Positions 50,601-64,000 of a stretch of DNA of 64,000 nt are shown here, one piece after another. The first letter of the stretch is position 1; each line of letters opens with the position of its first letter. The notes below the pieces were generated by a model. It worked only from the letters and a program-made list of their open reading frames with translations. It ran no database searches and was not told the origin of the DNA. Source of the stretch: Eledone cirrhosa (taxonomy: Eukaryota); the NCBI GenBank assembly GCA_964016885.1, contig OZ024743.1, positions 232,872,001 to 232,936,000 of the forward strand. The letters run 5' to 3'. The translations under genes were made by a program, and so were the position numbers.

Positions 50601-53600
50601 CTTTGAACAACACCAAAAGTGTACACCACCGTTTATTGCCAGACATTAAACAGCACCAAAAGTGTTCACCACCGTTTATTACCAAACATTAAACAACACC
50701 AAAAGTGTTCACCACCGTTTATTACCAAACATTAAACAACACCAAAAGTGTTCACCATCGTTTATTATCAAACATGAAACGATACCAAAAGTGTTCACCA
50801 CCGTTTATTACCAATCATTAAACAATACCAAAAGTGTTCACCACCGTTTATTACCAAACATTAAACAACACCAAAAGTCTTCACTACCGTTTATTACCAA
50901 ACAGTAAGCAACACCAAAAGTGTTCACCATCGTTTATTACCAAATATTACACAACACCAAAAGTGTTCACCACCGTTTATTACCAATCATTAAACAATAC
51001 CAAAAGTGTTCACCACCGTTTATTACCAAACATTAAACAACACCAAAAGTGTTCACCACCGTAATTACCAAACAGTAAACAACACCAAAAGTATTCAGCA
51101 CCGTTTATTACCAAACATTAATCAACACCAAAAGTCTTCACCACCGTTTATTACCAGACATTAAACAACACCGAAAGTGTTCACCACCGTTTATTATCAA
51201 ACATTAAACAACACCAACAGTGTTCGCCACCGTTTACTACCAATCATTAAACAATACCAAAGGTGTTAAACACCGTTTATTACCAAACATTAAACAACAC
51301 CAAAAGTGTTAACCACCGTTTATTACCAAACATTAAACAATACCAAACGTGTTCACCCACCTTGTTTATCACGAAACATTAAACAATACCAAATGTGTTC
51401 ACCACCGTTTATTACCAAACATTAAACAACACCAAAAGTCTTCACCACCGTTTATTACCAAACATTAAACAACACCAAATGTGTTCAGCACCGTTTATTA
51501 CCAAACATTAAACAATACCAAATGTGTTCACCACCGTTTACTACCAATCATTAAACAATACCAAAGGTGTTCAACACCGTTTATTACCAAACATTAAACA
51601 ACACCAAAAGTGTTCACCCACCTTGTTTATCACGAAACATTAAACAATACCAAATGTGTTCACCACCGTTTATTACCAAACATTAAACAACACCAAAAGC
51701 GTTCACCACCGTTTATTACCAAACATTAAACAATACCAAAAGTGTTCCCTCCACCCTCGTTTATTACCAAACATTAAACAATACCAAAAGTGTTCACCAC
51801 CGTTTATTACCAAACATTAAACAACACCAAAGTGTTCACCACCGTTTATTACCAAACGTTAAACAACACCAAAAGTGTTCACCACTGTTTATTACCAAAC
51901 ATTAAACAATACCAAAAATGTTCACCCCACCCCGTTTATTACCAAACATTAAAAAGCCAAAAGTGTTCACCACCGTTTATTACCAATCATTAAACAATAC
52001 CAAAGGTGTTCAACACCGTTTATTACCGAACATTAAACAACACCAAAAGTGTTCACCCACCTTGTTTATCACGAAACATTAAACAATACCAAATGTGTTG
52101 ACCACCGTTTATTACCAAACATTAAACAACACCAAAAGTCTTCACCACCGTTTATTACCAAACATAAAACAACACCAAATGTGTTCACCACCGTTTATTA
52201 CCAAAAATTAAACGACACCAAATGTTTTCACCACCGTTTATTACCAAACATTATACAATACCAAAGTGTTTAACCCCCACACCCCCTCGTTTATCACCAA
52301 ACATTAAACAATACCAAAAGTGTTCACCACCGTTTATGACCAAACATTAAACAACACGAAAGTCTTCACCACCGTTTATCACCTAACATTAAACAATACC
52401 AAAAGTGTTCACCACCGTTTATTACCAAACATTAAACAACACCAAAAGTGTTCAGCCCACCCTCGTTTATTACCAAACATTAAACAATACCAAAAGTGTT
52501 CACCCCAACCTTGTTTATCACCAAACATTAAACAATACCAAAGGTATTCACCACTGTTTATTACCAAGCATTAAACAATACCAAAAGTGTTCACCACCGT
52601 TTATTACCAAATATTAAACAATACCAAAATTGTTCACCACCGTTTATTACCAAACATTAACAATACCAAAAGTGTTGACCACCGTTTATTACCAAACATT
52701 AAACAATACCGAAAGTGTTCACCCCAGCCTCGTTTATCACCAAACATTAAACAATACCAAAATTGTCCACCACCGTTTCTTACCAAACATTAAACAATAC
52801 CAAAAGTGTTCACCACCGTTTATTACCAAACATTAAACAATACCAAAAGTATTCACACCAACCTCGTTTATCACCAACCATTAAACAACACCAAAAGTGT
52901 TCACCACTGTTTATTACCAGACAGTAAACAATACCTAAAGTATTCAACACCGTTTATTACCAAACATTGAACAACACCAAAAGTGTTCACCACCGTTTAT
53001 TACCAAACATTAAACAATACCAAAAGTGTTCCCCCCACCCTCGTTTATTACCAAACATTAAACAATACCAAAAGTGTTCACCACCGTTTATTACCAAACA
53101 TTAAACAATACCAAAGGTCTTCACCACCGTTTATTACCAAACATTAAACAACACCAAAAGTGTTCACCAACGTTTATTACCAAACATTAAACAATACCAA
53201 AAGTGTTCACCACTGTTTATCACCAAACATTAAACAACACCAAAAGTGTTCACCACCGTTTATTACCAAACATTAAACAACACCAAAAGTGTTCAGCCCA
53301 CCCTCGTTTATTACCAAACATTAAACAATACCAAAGGTATTCACCACGGTTTATTACCAAGCATTAAACAATACCAAAAGTGTTCACCACCGTTTATTAC
53401 CAAACATTAAACAATACCGAAAGTGTTCACCACCGTTTATTACCAAACATTAAACAATACCGAAAGTGTTCACCCCACCCTCGTTTATCACCAAACATTA
53501 AACAACACCAAAAGTGTTCACCACCGTTTATTACCAAACATTAAACAACACCAAAAGTGTTCACCACCGTATATTACCAAACATCAACCAATACCAAAAG

Positions 53601-56600
53601 TGTTCACCCCACCCGCGTTTATCACCAAACATTAAACAACACCAAAAGTGTTCACCACCGTTTATTACCAAACATTAAACAATACCAAAAGTTTTCACCA
53701 CCGTTTATTACCAAACATTAAACAACACCAAAAATGGTCAGCCCACCCTCGTTTATTACCAAACATTAAACAATACCAAAAGTGGTCACCCCACCCTTGT
53801 TTATCACCAAACATTAAACAATACCAAAGGTATTCACCACCGTTTATTACCAAACATTAAACAACACCAAAAGTGTTCACCACCGTTTATTACCAAACAT
53901 AAAACAACACCAAATGTTTTCACCACCGTTTATTACCAAACATTAAACAACACGAAAGTCTTCACCACCGTTTATCACCTAACATTAAACAATACCAAAA
54001 GTGTTCACCACCGTTTATGACCAAACATTAAACAACACGAAAGTCTTCACCACCGTTTATCACCTAACATTAAACAATACCAAAAGTGTTCACCACCGTT
54101 TATGACCAAACATTAAACAACACGAAAGTCTTCACCACCGTTTATCACCTAACATTAAACAATACCAAAAGTGTTCACCACCGTTTATGACCAAACATAA
54201 AACAACACGAAAGTCTTCACCACCGTTTATCACCTAACATTAAACAATACCAAAAGTGTTCACCACCGTTTATTACCAAACATTAAACAACACCAAAAGT
54301 GTTCAGCCCACCCTCGTTTATTACAAAACATTAAACAATACCAAAGTGTTTAACCCCCCCCCCCCTCGTTTATCACCAAACATTAAACAATACCAAAAGT
54401 GTTCGCCACCGTTTATGACCAAACATTAAACAACACGAAAGTCTTCACCACCGTTTATCACCTAACATTAAACAATACCAAAAGTATTCACCCCAACCTC
54501 GTTTATCACCAACCATTAAACAACACCAAAAGTGTTCACCACTGTTTATTACCAGACAGTAAACAATACCAAAAGTATTCAAAACCGTTTATTACCAAAC
54601 ATTAAACAACACCAAAAGTGTTCACCACCGTTTATTACCAAACATTAAACAATACCAAAAGTGTTCACCACCGTTTATTACCAAACATTAAACAATACCA
54701 AAAGTGTTCACCACTGTTTATCACCAAACATTAAACAACACCAAAAGTGTTCACCACCGTTTATTACCAAACATTAAACAACACCAAAAGTGTTCAGCCC
54801 ACGCTCGTTTATTACCAAACGTTAAACAATACCAAATGTGTTCACCCCACCCTTGTTTATCACCAAACATTAAACAATACCAAAGGTATTCACCACCGTT
54901 TATTACCAAGCATTAAACAATACCAAAAGGGTTCACCACCGTTTATTACCAAACATTAAACAATACCGAAAGTGTTCACCACCGTTTATTACCAAACATT
55001 AAACAATACCGAAAGTGTTCACCCCACCCTCGTTTACCACCAAACATTAAACAACACCAAAAGTGTTCACCACCGTTTATTACCAAACATTAAACAACAC
55101 CAACAGTGTTCACCACCGTTTATTACCAAACATTAAACAACACCAAAAGTGTTCACCACCGTTTATTACCAAACATTAACCAATACCAAAAGTGTTCACC
55201 CCAGCCGCGTTTATCACCAAACATTAAACAACACCAAAAGTGTTCATCACCGTTTATTACCAAACATTAAACAATACCAAAAGTCTTCACCACCGTTTAT
55301 TACCAAACATTAAACAATACCAAAAGTGTTCACCACCGTTTATGACCAAACATTAAACAACACGAAAGTCTTCACCACCGTTTATCACCTAACATTAAAC
55401 AATACCAAAATGGATCACCACCGTTTATTACCAAACATTAAAATATACCAAAAGTGTTAACCCCACCCTCGTTTATCACCAAACATTAAACAATACCAAA
55501 AGTGTTGACCACCGTTTATTACCAAACATTAAACAACACCAAATGTCATCACCACCGTATATTACCAAACATTAAACAACACCAAAAATGTTCAGCCCAC
55601 CCTCGTTTATTACCAAACATTAAACAATACCAAAAGTGTTCACCCCACCCTTATTTATCACCAAACATTAAACAATACCAAAGGTATTCACCACCGTTTA
55701 TTACCAAACATTAAACAATACCAAAAGTGTTCACCACCGTTTATTACGAAACATTAAACAATACCAAAATTGTTCACCACCGTTTATTACCAAACATTAA
55801 ACAATACCGAAAGTGTTCACCCCAGCCTCGTTTATCACCAAACATTAAACAATACCAAAGGTATTCACCACCGTTTATTACCAAGCACTAAACAATACCA
55901 AAAGTGTTCACCACCGTTTATTACCAAGCATTAAACAATACCAAAACTGTTCACCAACGTTGATCACCAAACATCAAACAATACCAAAAGTGTTCACCCC
56001 ACCCTCGTTTATCACCAAACATTAAACAACACCAAAAGTGTTCACCACCGTTTATTACCAAACATTAAACAACACCAACAGTGTTCACCACTGTTTATTA
56101 CCAAACATTAAACAACACCAAAAGTGTTCACCACCGTTTATTACCAAACATTAAACAACACCAAAAGTATTCACCACCGTTTATTACCAAACATTAAACA
56201 ACACCAACAGTGTTCACTACCGTTTATTACCAAACATAAAACAACACCAAAAGTGTTCACCACCGTTTATTACCAAACATTAACCAATACCAAAAGTGTT
56301 CACCCCACCCGCGTTTATCACCAAACATTAAACAATACCAAAATAGTTCACCACCGTTTCTTACCAAACATTAAACAATACCAAAAGTGTTCACCACCGT
56401 TTATTATCAAACATTAAACAATACCGAAAGTGTTCACCCCAGCCTCTTTTATCACCAAACATTGAACAACACCAAAAGTGTTCACCCTACCCTCGTTTAT
56501 CACCAAACATTAAACAATACCATAAGTGTTCACCACCGTTTATTACCAAACATTAAACAATACTGAAAGTGTTCACCCCACCCTTGTTTAGCACCTAACA

Positions 56601-59600
56601 TTAAACAAAACCAAAAGTGTTCACCACCGTTTATTACCAAACATAAAACAACACCAAAAGTGTTCACCACCGTTTATTACCAAACATTAACCAATACCAA
56701 AAGTGTTCACCCCACCCGCGTTTATCACCAAACATTAAACAATACCAAAAGTGTTAACCACCGTTTATTACCAAACATTAAACAATACCAAAAGTTTTCA
56801 CCACCGTTTATTAGCAAACATTAAACAATACCAAAAGTATTCAACCCAACCTCGTTTATCACCAACCATTAAACAACACCAAAAGTGTTCACCACTGTTT
56901 ATTACCAGACAGTAAACAATGCCAAAAGTATTCAACACCGTTTATTACCAAATATTAAACAACACTAAAAGTGTTCACCACCGTTTATTACCAAACATTA
57001 AACAACACCAACAGTGTTCACCACCGTTTATTACCAAACATTAAACAACACCAAAAGTGTTCACCACCGTTTATTACCAAACATTAACCAATACCAAAAG
57101 TGTTCACCCCAGCCGCGTTTATCACCAAACATTAAACAACACCAAAAGTGTTCATCACCGTTTATTACCAAACATTAAACAATACCAAAAGTCTTCACCA
57201 CCGTTTATTACCAAACATTAAACAATACCAAAAGTGTTCACCACCGTTTATGACCAAACATTAAACAACACGAAAGTCTTCACCACCGTTTATCACCTAA
57301 CATTAAACAATACCAAAATGGATCACCACCGTTTATTACCAAACATTAAAATATACCAAAAGTGTTAACCCCACCCTCGTTTATCACCAAACATTAAACA
57401 ATACCAAAAGTGTTGACCACCGTTTATTACCAAACATTAAACAACACCAAATGTCATCACCACCGTATATTACCAAACATTAAACAACACCAAAAATGTT
57501 CAGCCCACCCTCGTTTATTACCAAACATTAAACAATACCAAAAGTGTTCACCCCACCCTTATTTATCACCAAACATTAAACAATACCAAAGGTATTCACC
57601 ACCGTTTATTACCAAACATTAAACAATACCAAAAGTGTTCACCACCGTTTATTACGAAACATTAAACAATACCAAAATTGTTCACCACCGTTTATTACCA
57701 AACATTAAACAATACCGAAAGTGTTCACCCCAGCCTCGTTTATCACCAAACATTAAACAATACCAAAGGTATTCACCACCGTTTATTACCAAGCACTAAA
57801 CAATACCAAAAGTGTTCACCACCGTTTATTACCAAGCATTAAACAATACCAAAACTGTTCACCAACGTTGATCACCAAACATCAAACAATACCAAAAGTG
57901 TTCACCCCACCCTCGTTTATCACCAAACATTAAACAACACCAAAAGTGTTCACCACCGTTTATTACCAAACATTAAACAACACCAACAGTGTTCACCACT
58001 GTTTATTACCAAACATTAAACAACACCAAAAGTGTTCACCACCGTTTATTACCAAACATTAAACAACACCAAAAGTATTCACCACCGTTTATTACCAAAC
58101 ATTAAACAACACCAACAGTGTTCACTACCGTTTATTACCAAACATAAAACAACACCAAAAGTGTTCACCACCGTTTATTACCAAACATTAACCAATACCA
58201 AAAGTGTTCACCCCACCCGCGTTTATCACCAAACATTAAACAATACCAAAATAGTTCACCACCGTTTCTTACCAAACATTAAACAATACCAAAAGTGTTC
58301 ACCACCGTTTATTATCAAACATTAAACAATACCGAAAGTGTTCACCCCAGCCTCTTTTATCACCAAACATTGAACAACACCAAAAGTGTTCACCCTACCC
58401 TCGTTTATCACCAAACATTAAACAATACCATAAGTGTTCACCACCGTTTATTACCAAACATTAAACAATACTGAAAGTGTTCACCCCACCCTTGTTTAGC
58501 ACCTAACATTAAACAAAACCAAAAGTGTTCACCACCGTTTATTACCAAACATAAAACAACACCAAAAGTGTTCACCACCGTTTATTACCAAACATTAACC
58601 AATACCAAAAGTGTTCACCCCACCCGCGTTTATCACCAAACATTAAACAATACCAAAAGTGTTAACCACCGTTTATTACCAAACATTAAACAATACCAAA
58701 AGTTTTCACCACCGTTTATTAGCAAACATTAAACAATACCAAAAGTATTCAACCCAACCTCGTTTATCACCAACCATTAAACAACACCAAAAGTGTTCAC
58801 CACTGTTTATTACCAGACAGTAAACAATGCCAAAAGTATTCAACACCGTTTATTACCAAATATTAAACAACACTAAAAGTGTTCACCACCGTTTATTACC
58901 AAACATTAAACAACACCAACAGTGTTCACCACCGTTTATTACCAAACATTAAACAACACCAAAAGTGTTCACCACCGTTTATTACCAAACATTAACCAAT
59001 ACCAAAAGTGTTCACCCCAGCCGCGTTTATCACCAAACATTAAACAACACCAAAAGTGTTCATCACCGTTTATTACCAAACATTAAACAATACCAAAAGT
59101 CTTCACCACCGTTTATTACCAAACATTAAACAATACCAAAAGTGTTCACCACCGTTTATGACCAAACATTAAACAACACGAAAGTCTTCACCACCGTTTA
59201 TCACCTAACATTAAACAATACCAAAATGGATCACCACCGTTTATTACCAAACATTAAAATATACCAAAAGTGTTAACCCCACCCTCGTTTATCACCAAAC
59301 ATTAAACAATACCAAAAGTGTTGACCACCGTTTATTACCAAACATTAAACAACACCAAATGTCATCACCACCGTATATTACCAAACATTAAACAACACCA
59401 AAAATGTTCAGCCCACCCTCGTTTATTACCAAACATTAAACAATACCAAAAGTGTTCACCCCACCCTTATTTATCACCAAACATTAAACAATACCAAAGG
59501 TATTCACCACCGTTTATTACCAAACATTAAACAATACCAAAAGTGTTCACCACCGTTTATTACGAAACATTAAACAATACCAAAATTGTTCACCACCGTT

Positions 59601-62600
59601 TATTACCAAACATTAAACAATACCGAAAGTGTTCACCCCAGCCTCGTTTATCACCAAACATTAAACAATACCAAAGGTATTCACCACCGTTTATTACCAA
59701 GCACTAAACAATACCAAAAGTGTTCACCACCGTTTATTACCAAGCATTAAACAATACCAAAACTGTTCACCAACGTTGATCACCAAACATCAAACAATAC
59801 CAAAAGTGTTCACCCCACCCTCGTTTATCACCAAACATTAAACAACACCAAAAGTGTTCACCACCGTTTATTACCAAACATTAAACAGCACCAACAGTGT
59901 TCACCACTGTTTATTACCAAACATTAAACAACACCAAAAGTGTTCACCACCGTTTATTACCAAACATTAAACAACACCAAAAGTATTCACCACCGTTTAT
60001 TACCAAACATTAAACAACACCAACAGTGTTCACTACCGTTTATTACCAAACATAAAACAACACCAAAAGTGTTCACCACCGTTTATTACCAAACATTAAC
60101 CAATACCAAAAGTGTTCACCCCACCCGCGTTTATCACCAAACATTAAACAATACCAAAATAGTTCACCACCGTTTCTTACCAAACATTAAACAATACCAA
60201 AAGTGTTCACCACCGTTTATTATCAAACATTAAACAATACCGAAAGTGTTCACCCCAGCCTCTTTTATCACCAAACATTGAACAACACCAAAAGTGTTCA
60301 CCCTACCCTCGTTTATCACCAAACATTAAACAATACCAAAAGTGTTCACCACCGTTTATTACCAAACATTAAACAATACTGAAAGTGTTCACCCCACCCT
60401 TGTTTAGCACCTAACATTAAACAAAACCAAAAGTGTTCACCACCGTTTATTACCAAACATAAAACAACACCAAAAGTGTTCACCACCGTTTATTACCAAA
60501 CATTAACCAATACCAAAAGTGTTCACCCCACCCGCGTTTATCACCAAACATTAAACAATACCAAAAGTGTTAACCACCGTTTATTACCAAACATTAAACA
60601 ATACCAAAAGTTTTCACCACCGTTTATTAGCAAACATTAAACAATACCAAAAGTATTCAACCCAACCTCGTTTATCACCAACCATTAAACAACACCAAAA
60701 GTGTTCACCACTGTTTATTACCAGACAGTAAACAATGCCAAAAGTATTCAACACCGTTTATTACCAAATATTAAACAACACTAAAAGTGTTCACCACCGT
60801 TTATTACCAAACATTAAACAATACCAAAAATGTTCACCACGCCAGCGTTTATCACCAAACATTAAACAATACCAAAAGTGTTCACCACTGTTTATTACCA
60901 AACATTAAAAAACACCTACAGTGTTCACCACCATTTATTACCAAACATTAAACAACACCAAAAGTTTTCACCCCACCCTCGTTTATTACCAAACATAAAA
61001 CAACACCAAAAGTGTTCACCACCGTTTATTACCAAACATTAAACAATACCAAAAGTGTTCACCATCGTTTATTACCAAACATTAAACAACACCAAATGTG
61101 TTCACCATCGTTTATTACCAAACATTAAACAACACCAAAAGTCTTCACCACCGTTTATTACCAAACATTAAACAATACCAAAAGAGTACACCACCGTTTA
61201 TTACCAAACATTAAACAACACCAAAAGTGTTCACCACCGTTTATTGTCAGACTTTAAACAACACCAAAAGTGTTCACCACCGTTTATTATCAAACATTAA
61301 ACAACACCAACAGTGTTCACCACCGTTTATTACCAAACATTAAACAACACCAAAAGTGTTCAACACCGTTTATTACCAAACATTAAACAACACCAAAAGT
61401 GTTCACCACCGTTTATTGCCAGACATTAAACAACACCAAAAGTGTTCACCACCGTTTATTACCAAACATTAAACAACACCAAAAGTGTTCACCACCGTTT
61501 ATTATCAAACATTAAACAACACCATCAGTGTTCACCATCGTTTATTATCAAACATGAAACGATACCAAAAGTGTTCACCACCGTTCATTACCAAACATTA
61601 AACAACACGAAAGTCTTCACCACCGTTTATCACCTAACATTAAACAATACCAAAAGTGTTCACCACCGTTTATTACCAAACATTAAAATATACCAAAAGT
61701 GTTAACCCCACCCTCGTTTATTACCAAACATTAAACAATACCAAGAGTGTTCACCACCGTTTATTACCAAACATTAAACAACACCAAAAGTGTTCACCCT
61801 CGTTTATTACCAAACATTAAACAACACCAAAAGTGTTCACCACCGTTTATCACCAAACATTAAACAATACCAAAGGTCTTCTCCACCGTTTATTACCAAA
61901 TATTAAACAACACCAAAAGTGTTCACCAACGTTTATTACGAAACATTAAACAATACCAAAAGTGTTCACCACTGTTTATCACCAAACATTAAACAACACC
62001 AAAAGTGTTCACCACCGTTTATTACCAAACATTAAACAACATCAAAAGTGTTCACCATCGTTTATTACCAAACATTAAACAACACCAAAATTGTTCACCA
62101 CCGTTTATTACCAATCATTAAACAATACCAAAAGTGTTCACCACCGTTTATTACCAAACATTAACCAATACCAAAAGTGTTCACCCCAGCCGCGTTTATC
62201 ACCAAACATTAAACAACACCAAAAGTCTTCACCACCGTTTATTACCAAACATTAAACAATACCAAAAGTGTTCACCACCGTTTATTACCAAACATTAAAC
62301 AACATCAAAAGTGTTCACCATCGTTTATTACCAAACATTAAACAACACCAAAAGTCTTCACCACCGTTTATTACCAAACATTAAACAATACCAAAAGTGT
62401 TCACCACCGTTTATGACCAAACACTAGACAACACGAAAGTCTTCACCACCGTTTATCACCTAACATTAAACAATACCAAAATGGATCACCACCGTTTATT
62501 ACCAAACATTAAAATATACCAAAAGTGTTAACCCCACCCTCGTTTATCACCAAACATTAAACAATACCAAAAGTGTTGACCACCGTTTATTACCAAACAT

Positions 62601-64000
62601 TAAACAACACCAAATGTCATCACCACCGTATATTACCAAACATTAAACAACACCAAAAATGTTCAGCCCACCCTCGTTTATTACCAAACATTAAACAATA
62701 CCAAAAGTGTTCACCCCACCCTTGTTTATCACCAAACATTAAACAATACCAAAGGTATTCACCACCGTTTATTACCAAACATTAAACAATACCAAAAGTG
62801 TTCACCACCGTTTATTACCAAACATTAAACAATACCAAAATTGTTCACCACCGTTTATTACCAAACATTAAACAATACCGAAAGTGTTCACCCCATCCTC
62901 GTTTATCACCAAACATTAAACAATACCAAAGGTATTCACCACCGTTTATTACCAAGCATTAAACAATACCAAAAGTGTTCACCACCGTTTATTACCAAGC
63001 ATTAAACAATACCAAAACTGTTCACCACCGTTGATCACCAAACATCAAACAATACCAAAAGTGTTTACCCCACCCTCGTTTATCACCAAACATTAAACAA
63101 TAACAAAAGTGTTCACCACCGTTTCTTACCAAACATTAAACAATACCAAAACTGTTCACCACCGTTTATTATCAAACATTAAACAATACCGAAAGTGTTC
63201 ACCCCTGCCTCGTTTATCACCAAACATTGAACAACACCAAAAGTGTTCACCCTACCCTCGTTTATTACCAAACATTAAACAATACCAAAAGTGTTCACCA
63301 CCGTTTATTACCAAACATTAAACAATACCGAAAGTGTTCACCCCACCCTCGTTTATCACCTAACATTAAACAACACCAAAAGTGTTCACCACCGTTTATT
63401 ACCAAACATTAAACAACACCAACAGTGTTCACTACCGTTTATTACCAAACATAAAACAACACCAAAAGTGTTCACCACCGTTTATTACCAAACATTAACC
63501 AATACCAAAAGTGTTCACCCCACCCGCGTTTATCACCAAACATTAAACAATACCAAAATAGTTCACCACCGTTTCTTACCAAACATTAAACAATACCAAA
63601 AGTGTTCACCACCGTTTATTATCAAACATTAAACAATACCAAAAGTATTCAACCCAACCTCGTTTATCACCAACCATTAAACAACACCAAAAGTGTTCAC
63701 CACTGTTTATTACCAGACAGTAAACAATGCCAAAAGTATTCAACACCGTTTATCACCTAACATTAAACAATACCAAAAGTGTTCACCATAGTTTATTACC
63801 AAACATTAAACAACACGAAAGTCTTCACCACCGTTTATCACCTAACATTAAACAATACCAAAATGGATCACCACCGTTTATTACCAAACATTAAAATATA
63901 CCAAAAGTGTTAACCCCACCCACGTTTATCATCAAACATTAAACAATACCAAAAGTGTTGACCACCGTTTATTACCAAACATTAAACAACACCAAATGTC
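32614..64000. repeat. Satellite DNA array, 43-bp monomer with interspersed 48-bp variant, >31 kb, runs off the window
   Basis: Consensus CACCAAAAGTGTTCACCACCGTTTATTACCAAACATTAAACAA (43 bp). The variant has CACCCCACCCTC in place of CACCACC (48 bp). Single orientation; the + strand is strongly A/C-rich. Confidence 0.98.

Noticed and set aside
32614-64000. CRISPR array or repetitive protein gene (many 'MFTTVYYQTLNNTK' ORFs)
   Set aside because: There are no unique spacers and no cas genes. The 43-bp unit is not a multiple of 3 and introduces stops, so the ORFs are satellite translation artefacts.

Overview
AT-rich, microsatellite-dense eukaryotic DNA with no recognisable host protein-coding gene. 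The SINE families and simple-repeat density suggest an invertebrate, probably an octopod cephalopod; that assignment is inference. Bases 1-32.6 kb are a retroelement patchwork. It holds a near full-length but frameshifted L1/Tx1-clade LINE (minus strand, ~6.17-11.66 kb) embedded in (GATA)n, R4/Dong-type restriction-like-endonuclease LINE fragments embedded in (CATA)n, RTE fragments, many tRNA-derived SINEs and two TA-flanked MITEs. It also holds a cluster of Penelope-like remnants next to (TA)n: a GIY-YIG endonuclease relic plus five distinct hammerhead-ribozyme-like motifs, two of which lie in 160-205 bp foldback palindromes and so occur on both strands. From ~32.6 kb to the window end is a satellite of 43/48-bp monomers with higher-order repeats (6946 bp x2, 1908 bp x3) and a conserved internal dyad. 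Most ORFs in the supplied track are artefacts of simple repeats.
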